Shown in pieces: positions 1-8,882 of a DNA stretch of 64,000 nucleotides. Position 1 is the stretch's first letter, and each line of letters starts with the position of its first letter. The stretch covers positions 1,440,001 to 1,504,000 of the forward strand of contig CAXXFL010000001.1 in assembly GCA_963674965.2 (NCBI GenBank). The letters are read 5' to 3'. The stretch is from a bacterium. GTDB taxonomy: Bacteria; RBG-13-61-14; DATKZS01. Both the position numbers and the translations under genes were made by a program. The notes under the pieces were generated by a model that saw nothing but the letters and a program-made list of their open reading frames with translations, was not told the origin of the DNA and searched no databases.

Positions 1-20
1 CGTTAACGGCGGAAAGCCCG

Positions 21-1196
21 TCACAGTCCCAGGTCCGACTTGGCGCGCAGGAAGTCCATTACCGCCTCCCTCGTGACCATGCCCACGAAGACGCCGTCCT
101 TTACCACCGGGACCTGGTTGTAGCCGTCGGCCGCCATCATCTGCATAAGGTCGGTCAGGGGCGCGTCGGGGGGGACCGACTTAAGGACCGAGGCCGGGAT
201 CATGACGTTCCTGACCTCCGTTTGCGGCCACAGTTCGCGCGCCACTCCCTGCAGGTTGTGCAGAGTCACGATACCCGAGACCCTGCCGTCCTCGAGGATG
301 GGAAAACACCTGCGGCCGGTGTGAAGTATCTGTCCGTATACCAGGTCCGAGATAAGGGTCCTGGGATCGATAAAGGGGCAGTCCGTCATCATAACGTCGC
401 CGGCCTTGTGCCCGGCCAGCATGTCCTGGAGGCGCTGGCGCTTGCCCGTCTGGGTCGCCGCGTTCAAGAGGAACCAGCCGATGAAGGCTATCCAGATGCC
501 GTTGAACATGAGACCGCGAAATATCATGTATACTCCGCCGAAGATGAACAGGAAGGCGATGCCCCTGCCCACCGCGGCCGCGATCAGGGTGGACTTGGCC
601 GAGTCGCTCGTGACTCCCCACAAGATCGAGCGGAAAACCCGGCCGCCGTCGAGGGGGAAGCCGGGTATGAGGTTGAAGACGGCCAGCATCATGTTGACCA
701 TGGAAAGCCAGCCGAAAAGAACCACCAGCGGATGCAGTCCCCATTCGTTCATGGGCGCCGAAAAGCTGATCTCGCCCTGGCCAAAGGACATGTACGCGAA
801 TATCGCCGCCACGCCGGCCAGTACGGATATGACGACGCTCACCGCCGGGCCGGCCAGGGCCATGAAAAACTCGTCTCCCGCGCTCTTGGGCTCCTCCGCT
901 ATCTGCGCCGCGCCTCCAAAAATAAACAAGGTAATGCGGGGAACGGGTATGCCTTTGGCCAAGGCCACGAAGCTGTGCCCCAGTTCATGAAGAAGCACGG
1001 ATAAAAAGAAAAGGAAGCTGCCCACTATCCCCAGGCCCCAGGCCACGTATATCGGTCGGGCCACGCCCCCGAACTGGAACCTGGCCAGCGACCACGTTAC
1101 CAGCACGAAAATAATGAACCACGAGTAATCGAGGCGGACCTCGATACCCCTGACGGTGAAAATTTTGAATCCGTTTCCCAGCATATATTTACTCAA
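21..1196 (-). CDS. Site-2 protease family (M50, SpoIVFB-like) membrane metalloprotease with C-terminal CBS pair
   Basis: HELGH zinc motif, AGP and NLIPGFPLDGG motifs in hydrophobic helices; C-terminal CBS repeats (GIVT...DVM, GMVTR). Confidence 0.92.
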   Translation of the reverse strand: MSKYMLGNGFKIFTVRGIEVRLDYSWFIIFVLVTWSLARFQFGGVARPIYVAWGLGIVGSFLFFLSVLLHELGHSFVALAKGIPVPRITLFIFGGAAQIAEEPKSAGDEFFMALAGPAVSVVISVLAGVAAIFAYMSFGQGEISFSAPMNEWGLHPLVVLFGWLSMVNMMLAVFNLIPGFPLDGGRVFRSILWGVTSDSAKSTLIAAAVGRGIAFLFIFGGVYMIFRGLMFNGIWIAFIGWFLLNAATQTGKRQRLQDMLAGHKAGDVMMTDCPFIDPRTLISDLVYGQILHTGRRCFPILEDGRVSGIVTLHNLQGVARELWPQTEVRNVMIPASVLKSVPPDAPLTDLMQMMAADGYNQVPVVKDGVFVGMVTREAVMDFLRAKSDLGL

Positions 1197-1205
1197 CTCC
1201 TTAGA

Positions 1206-1985
1206 CTAAAGCCGAAGCCCGCCGGGGACGGGCTCGCCCTTGTAAAACATTTCGCCGCCGTCCCCCCTCGCGAACCATCCCCGGGCAATGGCCTCGATGG
1301 CGAGCGGAAAGACGACCCAGTCGCCTTCCTCTTTGAGCCTCTCCTGGTTCTCGTCGGCCACTCTTTGCAGCTCGGCCCGGTCGGAGGGGTCGAAGCCCTC
1401 CGGCGTCTTTACCTCGACGGGGGCCGAGACAATCAGCAGCGGCCCCATGTCCACCTCGTGTATCACCAAATGCGTGCTCGACCTGATGGTCTTCTCGCCC
1501 GCCTCGATGGCGTCCCTTACCGCGTGGGCCCCGGTCCAGCGGCGCTTGCCGTCCTCCCGCTTCACCGACAGGTCCGCCGGATGCACGTTGACTCCGAGGA
1601 AAGCGTCAATAAACCGAGGCGACACGATCGACATATAGCCGCCGTAAATGGCCACCTTGGCCCCGAAGGGCTCGAGCATCTCGATCGTCCGGTCGTCGAA
1701 CCTCTCCCTGGCCGACAGGTCTTGTCGGTCCACGCCGTTCCTCTTGAGCCATCCGACCAGGTCGTGAGTGACCACGGGTATATCGTATTCTCTCCCGATC
1801 TGGTTGGCGTTCGAGTCGTAACGGTCGGAAAAGATCACGGCCACCTCGAAGGGCGAGTGTCCCTCCTCCCTTTTCAGGCGCTCGCCCAGCTCGAGCACGC
1901 GGCGGACGTTGGTCCCGCTTCCGCTCATGAGGGCGAGGGTCTTAAGAGGACCTTCCCCAGGATCGTGGATCGGCTTCGGTTTCAT
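1206..1985 (-). CDS. Folate-dependent formyltransferase (PurN-like)
   Basis: N-terminal LMSGSGTN, GYMSI, NVHPADL, STHLV..EVDMGP motifs of the formyl_trans_N fold. Confidence 0.8.
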   Translation of the reverse strand: MKPKPIHDPGEGPLKTLALMSGSGTNVRRVLELGERLKREEGHSPFEVAVIFSDRYDSNANQIGREYDIPVVTHDLVGWLKRNGVDRQDLSARERFDDRTIEMLEPFGAKVAIYGGYMSIVSPRFIDAFLGVNVHPADLSVKREDGKRRWTGAHAVRDAIEAGEKTIRSSTHLVIHEVDMGPLLIVSAPVEVKTPEGFDPSDRAELQRVADENQERLKEEGDWVVFPLAIEAIARGWFARGDGGEMFYKGEPVPGGLRL

Positions 1986-2127
1986 GCGTTTCCCTCCCCC
2001 CGCTTCATCGGGTATCCGCCAATATAGCAGAGGCCCCGAGGCGCTTCAACGGACGACGCGCCGTCGCCTACATCTTTTCGGACGCCCCCATTTCCGGAAT
2101 TGTTCCGCCGGCCTTGCTGGACGCGCC

Positions 2128-2156
2128 TTGTATTTGCCATGCCGATTATCTATGCT
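2128..2156 (+). promoter_or_regulatory. Putative sigma-70 promoter of the Crp-family gene
   Basis: TTGTAT-N17-TATGCT, 28 nt before ATG 2184. Confidence 0.45.
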
Positions 2157-2183
2157 CGAACCATTGGAACCGGGAACGCGAGC

Positions 2184-2888
2184 ATGAACGATTGGAACAA
2201 ATACCTGGGCAGGGTTGACTCCTTTTGCAGTCTCGCGGAAAAGGAGAGGGAGACCCTTCTCCTGGCCGCCCGGGAGAAGCGGCTCGAGAAGGGCCGGTCC
2301 CTCTTTTCCTCGCCCGAGAGCGAGGAGGTAATAATTATCCTGGATGGAGCGGCGAAAAGCTTTTACGCGGGGGGCCTGGAAAAGAAGCCGCTTTTGGACT
2401 TCCACAAGTCCGGCGAGGTCCTGGGCGAGGAGTCGGCCCTCCTATCCGGCCCGAGGGACGTCGAGGCCCTGGCCATGGGGAAGGCGCGAGCGCTGTGTTT
2501 TCCAGCCGACGAGGTCAGGGCCATGATGGACGCCCAGCCCAGGTTCGGGAGGACCATGTCCGCCCTATGCGTCTCCCGCGCCCGAGCGTGCCGCGCTCGA
2601 CTTTACTCGATGACCGCCGATCCCGTTCCCGTCCGCGTGGCCGGCGCCCTTTACGCCCTGGCCAGGAAGTTCGGCGAGCGAGGCAAAACGGGGACCATGA
2701 TCGCCCTCGCCGTCACGCACCGGGACGTGGCCGACTACGTTGGCGCCTCCCGCGAGGCCACCTCCTCCGTCATCTCGATCTTTCGAAAAAACGGACTAAT
2801 CACCGGCGGGGCAAGGCGGATAATTATCCCCGATATGAACGCCCTGAAACGGGCCTCGGAGAGAAACGCGGCGGACGACCGAGGATGA
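2184..2888 (+). CDS. Crp/Fnr-family transcriptional regulator with cNMP-binding domain
   Basis: Phosphate-binding cassette GEESALLSGPR; Crp-type HTH THRDVADYVGASREATS; start taken at ATG 2184 within ORF 2100..2888. Confidence 0.9.
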   Translation: MNDWNKYLGRVDSFCSLAEKERETLLLAAREKRLEKGRSLFSSPESEEVIIILDGAAKSFYAGGLEKKPLLDFHKSGEVLGEESALLSGPRDVEALAMGKARALCFPADEVRAMMDAQPRFGRTMSALCVSRARACRARLYSMTADPVPVRVAGALYALARKFGERGKTGTMIALAVTHRDVADYVGASREATSSVISIFRKNGLITGGARRIIIPDMNALKRASERNAADDRG

Positions 2889-2925
2889 TTTTTCCGGTTT
2901 GGAAGAAACCGGCCGAGCCAGCCCC

Positions 2926-2963
2926 AAAAAAAAGCGGGGCCGGATAAGTAGCCCCGCTTTTTT
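2926..2963. terminator. Bidirectional intrinsic terminator between convergent genes
   Basis: A-run + GCGGGGC ... GCCCCGC + T-run. Confidence 0.8.
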
Positions 2964-2975
2964 AGCTTTTTATCG

Positions 2976-5450
2976 TTACTTGGTAATAACCAGGTCGCCT
3001 CCCGCCGGTGAGGTCGAGCTGGAGATCACCTGCACGGAGGATGAACTGTTCGAGATGGCGGTGATTTTTCCCTCGCCTATCTTTTGGGTGTCCGCTCCCA
3101 GGCTGTTTCCGGCCTGGTCGGTCTGGGCCACGACCTTGAAGAGGACGACCTTCATTCCCGGCAGTATTCGGTTGTTCCTGCCCAGGGTCACCTGCATGTT
3201 GTTGCCGCTGGCCTGGGCTATGTTGCCCTGGACGATGGGGAATGAATTTTGGAGCTTGACCGCCAGTCCCTGCGTGATGAACTGGAGGTTGGACAGGGAC
3301 TTGTCCTGATGGAAGGCGTCCCTGGTAACCATGACCCGCGACGAGTCCACGTCCACCACCTGGGCCTTGAGCTCGATGCTGGTGTCGGTCTCCCGCACCA
3401 CTCCCATGATGATGGCCTCGGCCGAGCTCCTCTTGCCGGCCCGCACCGCGCTGGTGGGATCGGTCAGGCCCGTGCCCGACAGTCGAAGCTCGCGAACCAC
3501 CGAGTCGACCTGGGACCGGTCGATGTACTTGAAGCGCCGCTGGCGGATGAGGGCGGTTGAGAGGTTGTCGTAGGCCACGTCGCCGATGTCCTTGAAGTTC
3601 GGGTCCTGGAAGAAGGGAAGCATGGAAACGGAAAGCCGCTCGGCCACGCTCCTGACCCTGGGCACGACCCTGGTGACCTTGAGCGTGACCACTTCCTCCT
3701 GGCCCTTCTCGTCGATGGCCCGGATATGGATGATGTTCTGGCCCGTCCTTAAATAAACCAGCTCGTTGAAAAAGGCGTTGGTCTTGGGAGCGCGCATCAC
3801 CTGCTTCTTGCCCACGAAAACCTGCTTGACCATCGAGCCCTGGCCGACCACGCTTCCCTCGATGTAAAGCTGGTTGCTGAACACGGTCTGGGGCTTGGTC
3901 TTGAGGAAAATTTGCGGCGGCTTGTCCTCGATGCCCATGGTCTCCTGGAGGGCGTTCCAGTAAAGCTCCGTTTCCACCGCCACCTTGACCGGCTCGCTAT
4001 AATCGGGCACGGCCCTTTCCCAGACCTGCTTGTTACGGTTCCAGGGCTCGACGACCATGCCCTTCGGGGGCAGCATGATCGGACGGGCGTCGGACGTCCC
4101 GGCCGAGGCCAGGCTGTAAAAGCGGTCGATCATCCTGGTCCAGCGGATGGGGGAGGGCGCCCTTGTGCCCTTGGTCTTGGGACCGAGCACGAGCACGCCG
4201 CTGGTCTCGTTGCCGGCGCTATCCACGGCGATGAACTTGACCCGGTCGGCCTGAAGGGGAGCGGTGACCTCGAACTTTCCACCGCCCAGGTTCTTGGGGG
4301 TCACGCCGCCGAACTCGAAGGACTTCATGCCCGAGGCCTCGTCGATGGTCCCCTTGATCTGGGCCTTGCCGCCCGGCGCCTCCTGAACGTCATCGATGTA
4401 AACGCGGGGGCCCTCGCGGTCGATGGTGAACTGAACGTTCTCCCGCGACTTCTTGCCCAAGAGGTCGGTAACGGCCACGCTGAGGGTGACCTGGCCGTCG
4501 GACTTCTGGAGGGGCACGGTAAAGAGGTCCATTGGCGTTTGTTCCTCCTCGCTCATTCCCTCTTGAGTGTCCTCGGCCGCGGCCTGGATCATGACCGGGA
4601 ACACGTCGGCCCTGGTCTTCTGGGAGAAGGTATAAGGACTCTGAGTGCCGTTGGCCTCGACGATCTGTACGCCCTGGTCGTCGCTGGACTCGATGACCAG
4701 ATAGAGCGTGCCCTCCTTGACCGGCGCGCCCGTCACGTCGTCGTCGCTTTTCCACCTGATGACCTTGCTGCCCCAGCCGACTTTGAGGCTCTTCTCGAGC
4801 TGCTTCCTGTCCTTGCCGCTTACCGCCTCGAGCAGCTCGGCTATCTCGTCCTCGGTAAAGTAGTAGGGCGACGCGACCTGCTCGTATCCGGCGGGAGCGG
4901 ACGGGCTGGATTCCATGACGAAGTCCACCGACGGCTCGGATGAGATCACTTTGATGGAGGAAACCTCGGGGTCCTCCGAGTCGCCGCCCGAGGTTTTAAG
5001 CTTCCCGGCCCGGGCCTTGTCCAGGTAGTACTGGGCCTGGCTGGACTCGGTGCATTGGAGAGATAATTCGAGTTCCTCGATGGCCCCGTCCATGTCCCCG
5101 AGATTGAACAAGGCCACGCCCCGGCCGCGATGGCCGAACCACTCGACGAAGTGCATGCCGTAGCTTCTGGCCCTTCTCGTGTCGCAGCCCGGGACCTTGG
5201 CCGCCCGGTCCACGCCCTCCCGTAGCTCGATGGCCCGCTCGTAGTCGTCCTTGGCGGCGTCCCAGCACTCGCCCGCGGCGTAGGAGTCGGCACGCTCCTG
5301 GTAACTGTACCATTCCTCGCGGAAGTTGCCCTCCACCTCCCCGTAGGTCTTCCCGTCCTTTTCGCAGGGCGGTCCCTTTTTGGCCGCGGCGCTTACCGCC
5401 AAGCCAAGGGCCGAGATGAGAACTAAAAAGACCGTAGCCAACCTTTTCAT
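2976..5450 (-). CDS. Secreted/periplasmic protein: signal peptide, TPR region, Ig-like beta repeats, C-terminal CsgG-like and FlgT-C-like modules
   Basis: MKRLATVFLVLISALGLAVSAAA signal after AGGAGG RBS; TPR-like helices (GRGVALFNLGDMDGAIEELE); D..P/A.D.AGN Ig motifs; RFKYIDRSQVDSVVRELRLS...AEAIIMG CsgG-like segment. Confidence 0.75.
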   Translation of the reverse strand: MKRLATVFLVLISALGLAVSAAAKKGPPCEKDGKTYGEVEGNFREEWYSYQERADSYAAGECWDAAKDDYERAIELREGVDRAAKVPGCDTRRARSYGMHFVEWFGHRGRGVALFNLGDMDGAIEELELSLQCTESSQAQYYLDKARAGKLKTSGGDSEDPEVSSIKVISSEPSVDFVMESSPSAPAGYEQVASPYYFTEDEIAELLEAVSGKDRKQLEKSLKVGWGSKVIRWKSDDDVTGAPVKEGTLYLVIESSDDQGVQIVEANGTQSPYTFSQKTRADVFPVMIQAAAEDTQEGMSEEEQTPMDLFTVPLQKSDGQVTLSVAVTDLLGKKSRENVQFTIDREGPRVYIDDVQEAPGGKAQIKGTIDEASGMKSFEFGGVTPKNLGGGKFEVTAPLQADRVKFIAVDSAGNETSGVLVLGPKTKGTRAPSPIRWTRMIDRFYSLASAGTSDARPIMLPPKGMVVEPWNRNKQVWERAVPDYSEPVKVAVETELYWNALQETMGIEDKPPQIFLKTKPQTVFSNQLYIEGSVVGQGSMVKQVFVGKKQVMRAPKTNAFFNELVYLRTGQNIIHIRAIDEKGQEEVVTLKVTRVVPRVRSVAERLSVSMLPFFQDPNFKDIGDVAYDNLSTALIRQRRFKYIDRSQVDSVVRELRLSGTGLTDPTSAVRAGKRSSAEAIIMGVVRETDTSIELKAQVVDVDSSRVMVTRDAFHQDKSLSNLQFITQGLAVKLQNSFPIVQGNIAQASGNNMQVTLGRNNRILPGMKVVLFKVVAQTDQAGNSLGADTQKIGEGKITAISNSSSSVQVISSSTSPAGGDLVITK

Positions 5451-5612
5451 GTGGCCTCCTTTCAAAAGGCGTGAAAGTCAGGCGTTCCTTTCAACCGGGA
5501 AAGGACGCGTCTTATAGAATAATGGTTCACGGGCGGATCAAATGCAAGTATATTTCGCCCCTACACTTATTAATTGACGGGTTAACGGGCGGCGCCTTTC
5601 TTCAGCCCTCGG

Positions 5613-5654
5613 AAAAAATCGGCCGCCCTTGTCCTTCCTTGGCAAGGGCGGCCG
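5613..5654 (-). terminator. Intrinsic terminator after the cyclase-CHAT gene
   Basis: 12-bp perfect stem CGGCCGCCCTTG/CAAGGGCGGCCG followed by T6 on the minus strand. Confidence 0.75.
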
Positions 5655-5701
5655 CTCCAGCCTCCCGATATGAGATATTCCGCTTGCGGCGGTATTAGCG
5701 T

Positions 5702-8700
5702 TTATTCAGCGGCTTCCTTAACTTTCATGCCCGCGGCCATTTTCTCGGGCGCCTGAAGGACGGTCGCCTTCGAGACGTCGGGTCCCGCGCCGGTGATCTC
5801 GATCTTTCCGATCTCGATCTCGTCCGCGTCGAGAATATCGAGTTTCATGCCCTTGGCCGCGCCGGCCTTTTTACCGACGTTAATCTTAATTTCCGTTTTA
5901 TCCTTCGAGACCTCGGTGATCTTGCCCTGCACCGGGTACTCGCTCTCGATCTGGGTAATGAGACTGGACGCTATGGCCTTGGCCAGGTCGCCGGGGCTTT
6001 GCTTGCCCTGGATGACCTCGCTTATGGCGACCTTGGCGATGGTGGTCTCGGTCTCGATCAGGCGGAGGTTGACCTGGGTTTCCTCGCCGCTCCTTATATA
6101 GGAGCCAGTGGCGATCAGCCTGGCCCCGAAGAGTTTTCCCAGCCTGAGCCTGGTATCGTCGTTGGCCAGCTCGGTGGAGGAAAGGTTGAGCTCGCGAAGG
6201 ATCAGGTCGATCTTTTCGCGCTCGACCACCTCGACCCTGCCGGAGTCGCGAAGGGCCTGGGTAAGGGCTATCTTGAGGAATTCCTCCTCTCCTTCCATGA
6301 GCATGCTCTTGCCCTTGCGGTCGAAGTCGAGGAAAGTCATGGTCATGGCGCGGGAGGTCCATTCATCGTCCGCGTTCTTGGGAGGAGGCACGTTGCCCGT
6401 GCGGAAACGCTCGGCCAGGTCCTTGGTCAGGCTCTGAAGCTCGGCCTGCTTTTCCGAGTCGGCCTGCATGGCCATGGTGTTGTTTATCTGGGCCAGCATG
6501 GCCAGGGCCACGGTGCTTTCGGGGTCGGACTTGAGCGCCTTCTCGAAGACCTCCTGGGCCTGGGCCACGTTGCCCATGGCCAGGAAGCTTTGACCGGCGT
6601 TGATGGCCAACTCGGAGTTGTTGGGATCGGCCTTGAGCCCGGCCTCATAGGCCTTCATGGCCGCGTCCTTGTCCCCCCGCTGGCTGGCGTCGAGACCCAT
6701 GCGGTTATAGGTCAAAGCCAGGCCCTGCATGCCCTGCATCCTGGTCTCGGGTATCTCCGAGAGTTTTCCGTAATCGGCCAGGGCGCCCGGGTAATCTCCC
6801 TGCTGGAGCTTCATGCCCGCGGAGGCCAGAAGCTTCGAGTGGTCCTTGCCCCCGCCGAACAGCACGTAGCCGCCGATGGCCAGGAGCACGGCCAGTATGG
6901 CCACGGCTACTCCCAGGGTGGCCTTGCTGAGTCCCTGGTCCTGAGCCGGGGCCGCCATAGTCGAGGCGCCCCGGGTGACGACCGGCTGGCCGGGCTGAGT
7001 AAGAGGGGCCGCGTCGGCCTTGGGCGGGGCCGGGGCCTCCATGTCCTGAGTCGTCTCGTCGGCGGCGGCCACGTCCTCCAGGTAAGAGAAGGTCGGGTCG
7101 CCGTAGACCATATAGGAGGCCCAGACAATGGTGTCCTCCCCGTACTTGTCGATAAGAGCCAGCCTGGCCCGGCGGGCCGATTCGCCCACGGAGGCGCCCT
7201 TGATGACTTCCTTGTAGAAGGCTATGGCGAAGTCGTGACCCGGGTCGTCCAGAATGTCCCAGAAGGTGCCGATGTAGTGCTGCACTCCCGAGACCAGGAA
7301 GGCGTTGGCCACGCCGAAGATGTCCTTTTCATATCCGGCCTCGAGTTTCCACTCGTCCGTCTGGCCCGACTGGCAGGCGTTGGCGAAAACCAGACTGGGC
7401 ATGGGCTTCTTGCCGGTCATGTTCTTGACGTCGGCGGCCGAGAGCTTGCCGTCGGCGAGCAGCCAACCCGAGTTCTCGGGATTGTCCGAGTCGTAGTCGG
7501 CGTGCCCGGCGTAGTGGATGAGGTCGTAGTCCCGAATCTTGGCCTTGAGGAAATTGGTCGGGACCTCGCTCGACTTGAGGTTGACGTTGATGAACTCGTG
7601 CTCGCCGTCAAGCTCGTTCCTGATGTTCGAGCCCTCGTCCCGGCTGGCGGGAAGGTCCGAGCGCGGATCGGCCACGACCAGCATGCGAAGAGGCTTGGCG
7701 ATCTCGCGGTCGGGCACGTCGGCGATCCTCTGCCGGGTCGCGACTATCCGGCCCATGCCGAAGCGCTGGCAGAAGAACTGCTTGCCGTCGAATAAAAGCT
7801 CCCACGGCACGTGGACCAGGCGGTCGTCCATTTTGATGACCAGGTGCTCGGCCTGGGAATTGGCGATTTTCTCCTTGGCCTCCTGGGACAGGAGGTGGTC
7901 GAAGAGTATCTGGCCCACGCCCTGCATCTGCTTCAAGATTTCCTTGGTCACCTTGCCCCGCGTGTTGGCGCGATTCAACAGGTTGACCACCTCGTCGCAC
8001 TGCTCGCGCACCAGCTTCTCGTCGAGCTTGACCACGTCGTACTGGCTGACGGTCCGCTCCTCTCCCCGCTGGCGCTCGAACACGCTGATCTTGAGCTTGT
8101 TGCCGTCGCGGGAGGCGTCGAGCTCGATCACCCTGCCCCTGACGACCTTGCCCCTTTTATCGACGGTGCGGCGGGTGGCGGCCTTCTTGAACTCGCCCTC
8201 CGCCACCATCTGGGTATCGCTCCATACGACGCGGTAAATCTTGACCGGCTCGGCCTTGCCCTTGCACTCGACGTCGCCGAAGAAGCGCACCAGTATCTCG
8301 TCGTCTCCCCTTACCTCTTTATAGAGGCTGTCGGAGATGAGTATCTGCTCCGCGTCGCATTTGGACTCGACCCGGGCGGCAACGTTGACCGCGTCGCCGA
8401 ACACGTCCTTTTCCTCGACAACGGCCGGGCCGTGGTTAAGGCCGATGCGAACGAGGATACGCCGGTGCTTCTGGTCCTGGGCCTTGTTGTATTCCTCCAG
8501 GACCTTCTGCATGGCGATGGCGGCCTTGACGCCCTGGGCCGGGTCGTCGAACACGGCCATGATGGCGTCGCCGATGGTTTTGATCACCCTGCCGCCGAAC
8601 TGCTTGACCTTGGGAAAGAGCATGGCGTTATGGCGCTCGACCATGGCCCGTCCCTCGACGTCTCCATAGGTCTCGAAATATGAGGTCGACCCTTTGATGT

Positions 8701-8881
8701 CGGTGAACATGACGGTGATGTTCTTCTGGAACTTCTCCTTGAGCATCTGGTCGAGCGCGGCCTGTTCCTGCTCGAGCCGGAGGCGCTCCTGGAGGATGGA
8801 ATCGACCGAGGCGGGCATTTTATCGTCCTTCTTTGGGGCCTCGCCCTGATTTTTCTCTTTATCGTGCTCATTGTCCGCCAT
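5702..8881 (-). CDS. Class III adenylate/guanylate cyclase - CHAT (caspase-like) protease - TM - TPR - CsgG/FlgT-like fusion protein
   Basis: Cyclase motifs VMFTDIKGST, KTIGDAIMA, DVFGDAVNVAARVE; CHAT motifs VPWELL, LIHYAGH, LVFANACQS, WASYMVYGDP; single hydrophobic helix GVAVAILAVLLAIGGYVLFG; TPRs; RVEVVEREKIDLILRELNLS CsgG-like segment. Confidence 0.88.
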   Translation of the reverse strand: MADNEHDKEKNQGEAPKKDDKMPASVDSILQERLRLEQEQAALDQMLKEKFQKNITVMFTDIKGSTSYFETYGDVEGRAMVERHNAMLFPKVKQFGGRVIKTIGDAIMAVFDDPAQGVKAAIAMQKVLEEYNKAQDQKHRRILVRIGLNHGPAVVEEKDVFGDAVNVAARVESKCDAEQILISDSLYKEVRGDDEILVRFFGDVECKGKAEPVKIYRVVWSDTQMVAEGEFKKAATRRTVDKRGKVVRGRVIELDASRDGNKLKISVFERQRGEERTVSQYDVVKLDEKLVREQCDEVVNLLNRANTRGKVTKEILKQMQGVGQILFDHLLSQEAKEKIANSQAEHLVIKMDDRLVHVPWELLFDGKQFFCQRFGMGRIVATRQRIADVPDREIAKPLRMLVVADPRSDLPASRDEGSNIRNELDGEHEFINVNLKSSEVPTNFLKAKIRDYDLIHYAGHADYDSDNPENSGWLLADGKLSAADVKNMTGKKPMPSLVFANACQSGQTDEWKLEAGYEKDIFGVANAFLVSGVQHYIGTFWDILDDPGHDFAIAFYKEVIKGASVGESARRARLALIDKYGEDTIVWASYMVYGDPTFSYLEDVAAADETTQDMEAPAPPKADAAPLTQPGQPVVTRGASTMAAPAQDQGLSKATLGVAVAILAVLLAIGGYVLFGGGKDHSKLLASAGMKLQQGDYPGALADYGKLSEIPETRMQGMQGLALTYNRMGLDASQRGDKDAAMKAYEAGLKADPNNSELAINAGQSFLAMGNVAQAQEVFEKALKSDPESTVALAMLAQINNTMAMQADSEKQAELQSLTKDLAERFRTGNVPPPKNADDEWTSRAMTMTFLDFDRKGKSMLMEGEEEFLKIALTQALRDSGRVEVVEREKIDLILRELNLSSTELANDDTRLRLGKLFGARLIATGSYIRSGEETQVNLRLIETETTIAKVAISEVIQGKQSPGDLAKAIASSLITQIESEYPVQGKITEVSKDKTEIKINVGKKAGAAKGMKLDILDADEIEIGKIEITGAGPDVSKATVLQAPEKMAAGMKVKEAAE

Positions 8882-8882
8882 T

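Noticed and set aside
1206-1985. Assigning the symbol purN
   Set aside because: Formyltransferase fold is clear but motifs are divergent and no pur genes are adjacent
5999-7795. 598-aa plus-strand ORF (and similar long antisense ORFs at 21090, 31243, 50342, 55076, 58855, 61323)
   Set aside because: Shadow ORFs opposite well-supported genes, expected in GC-rich DNA; no recognisable motifs
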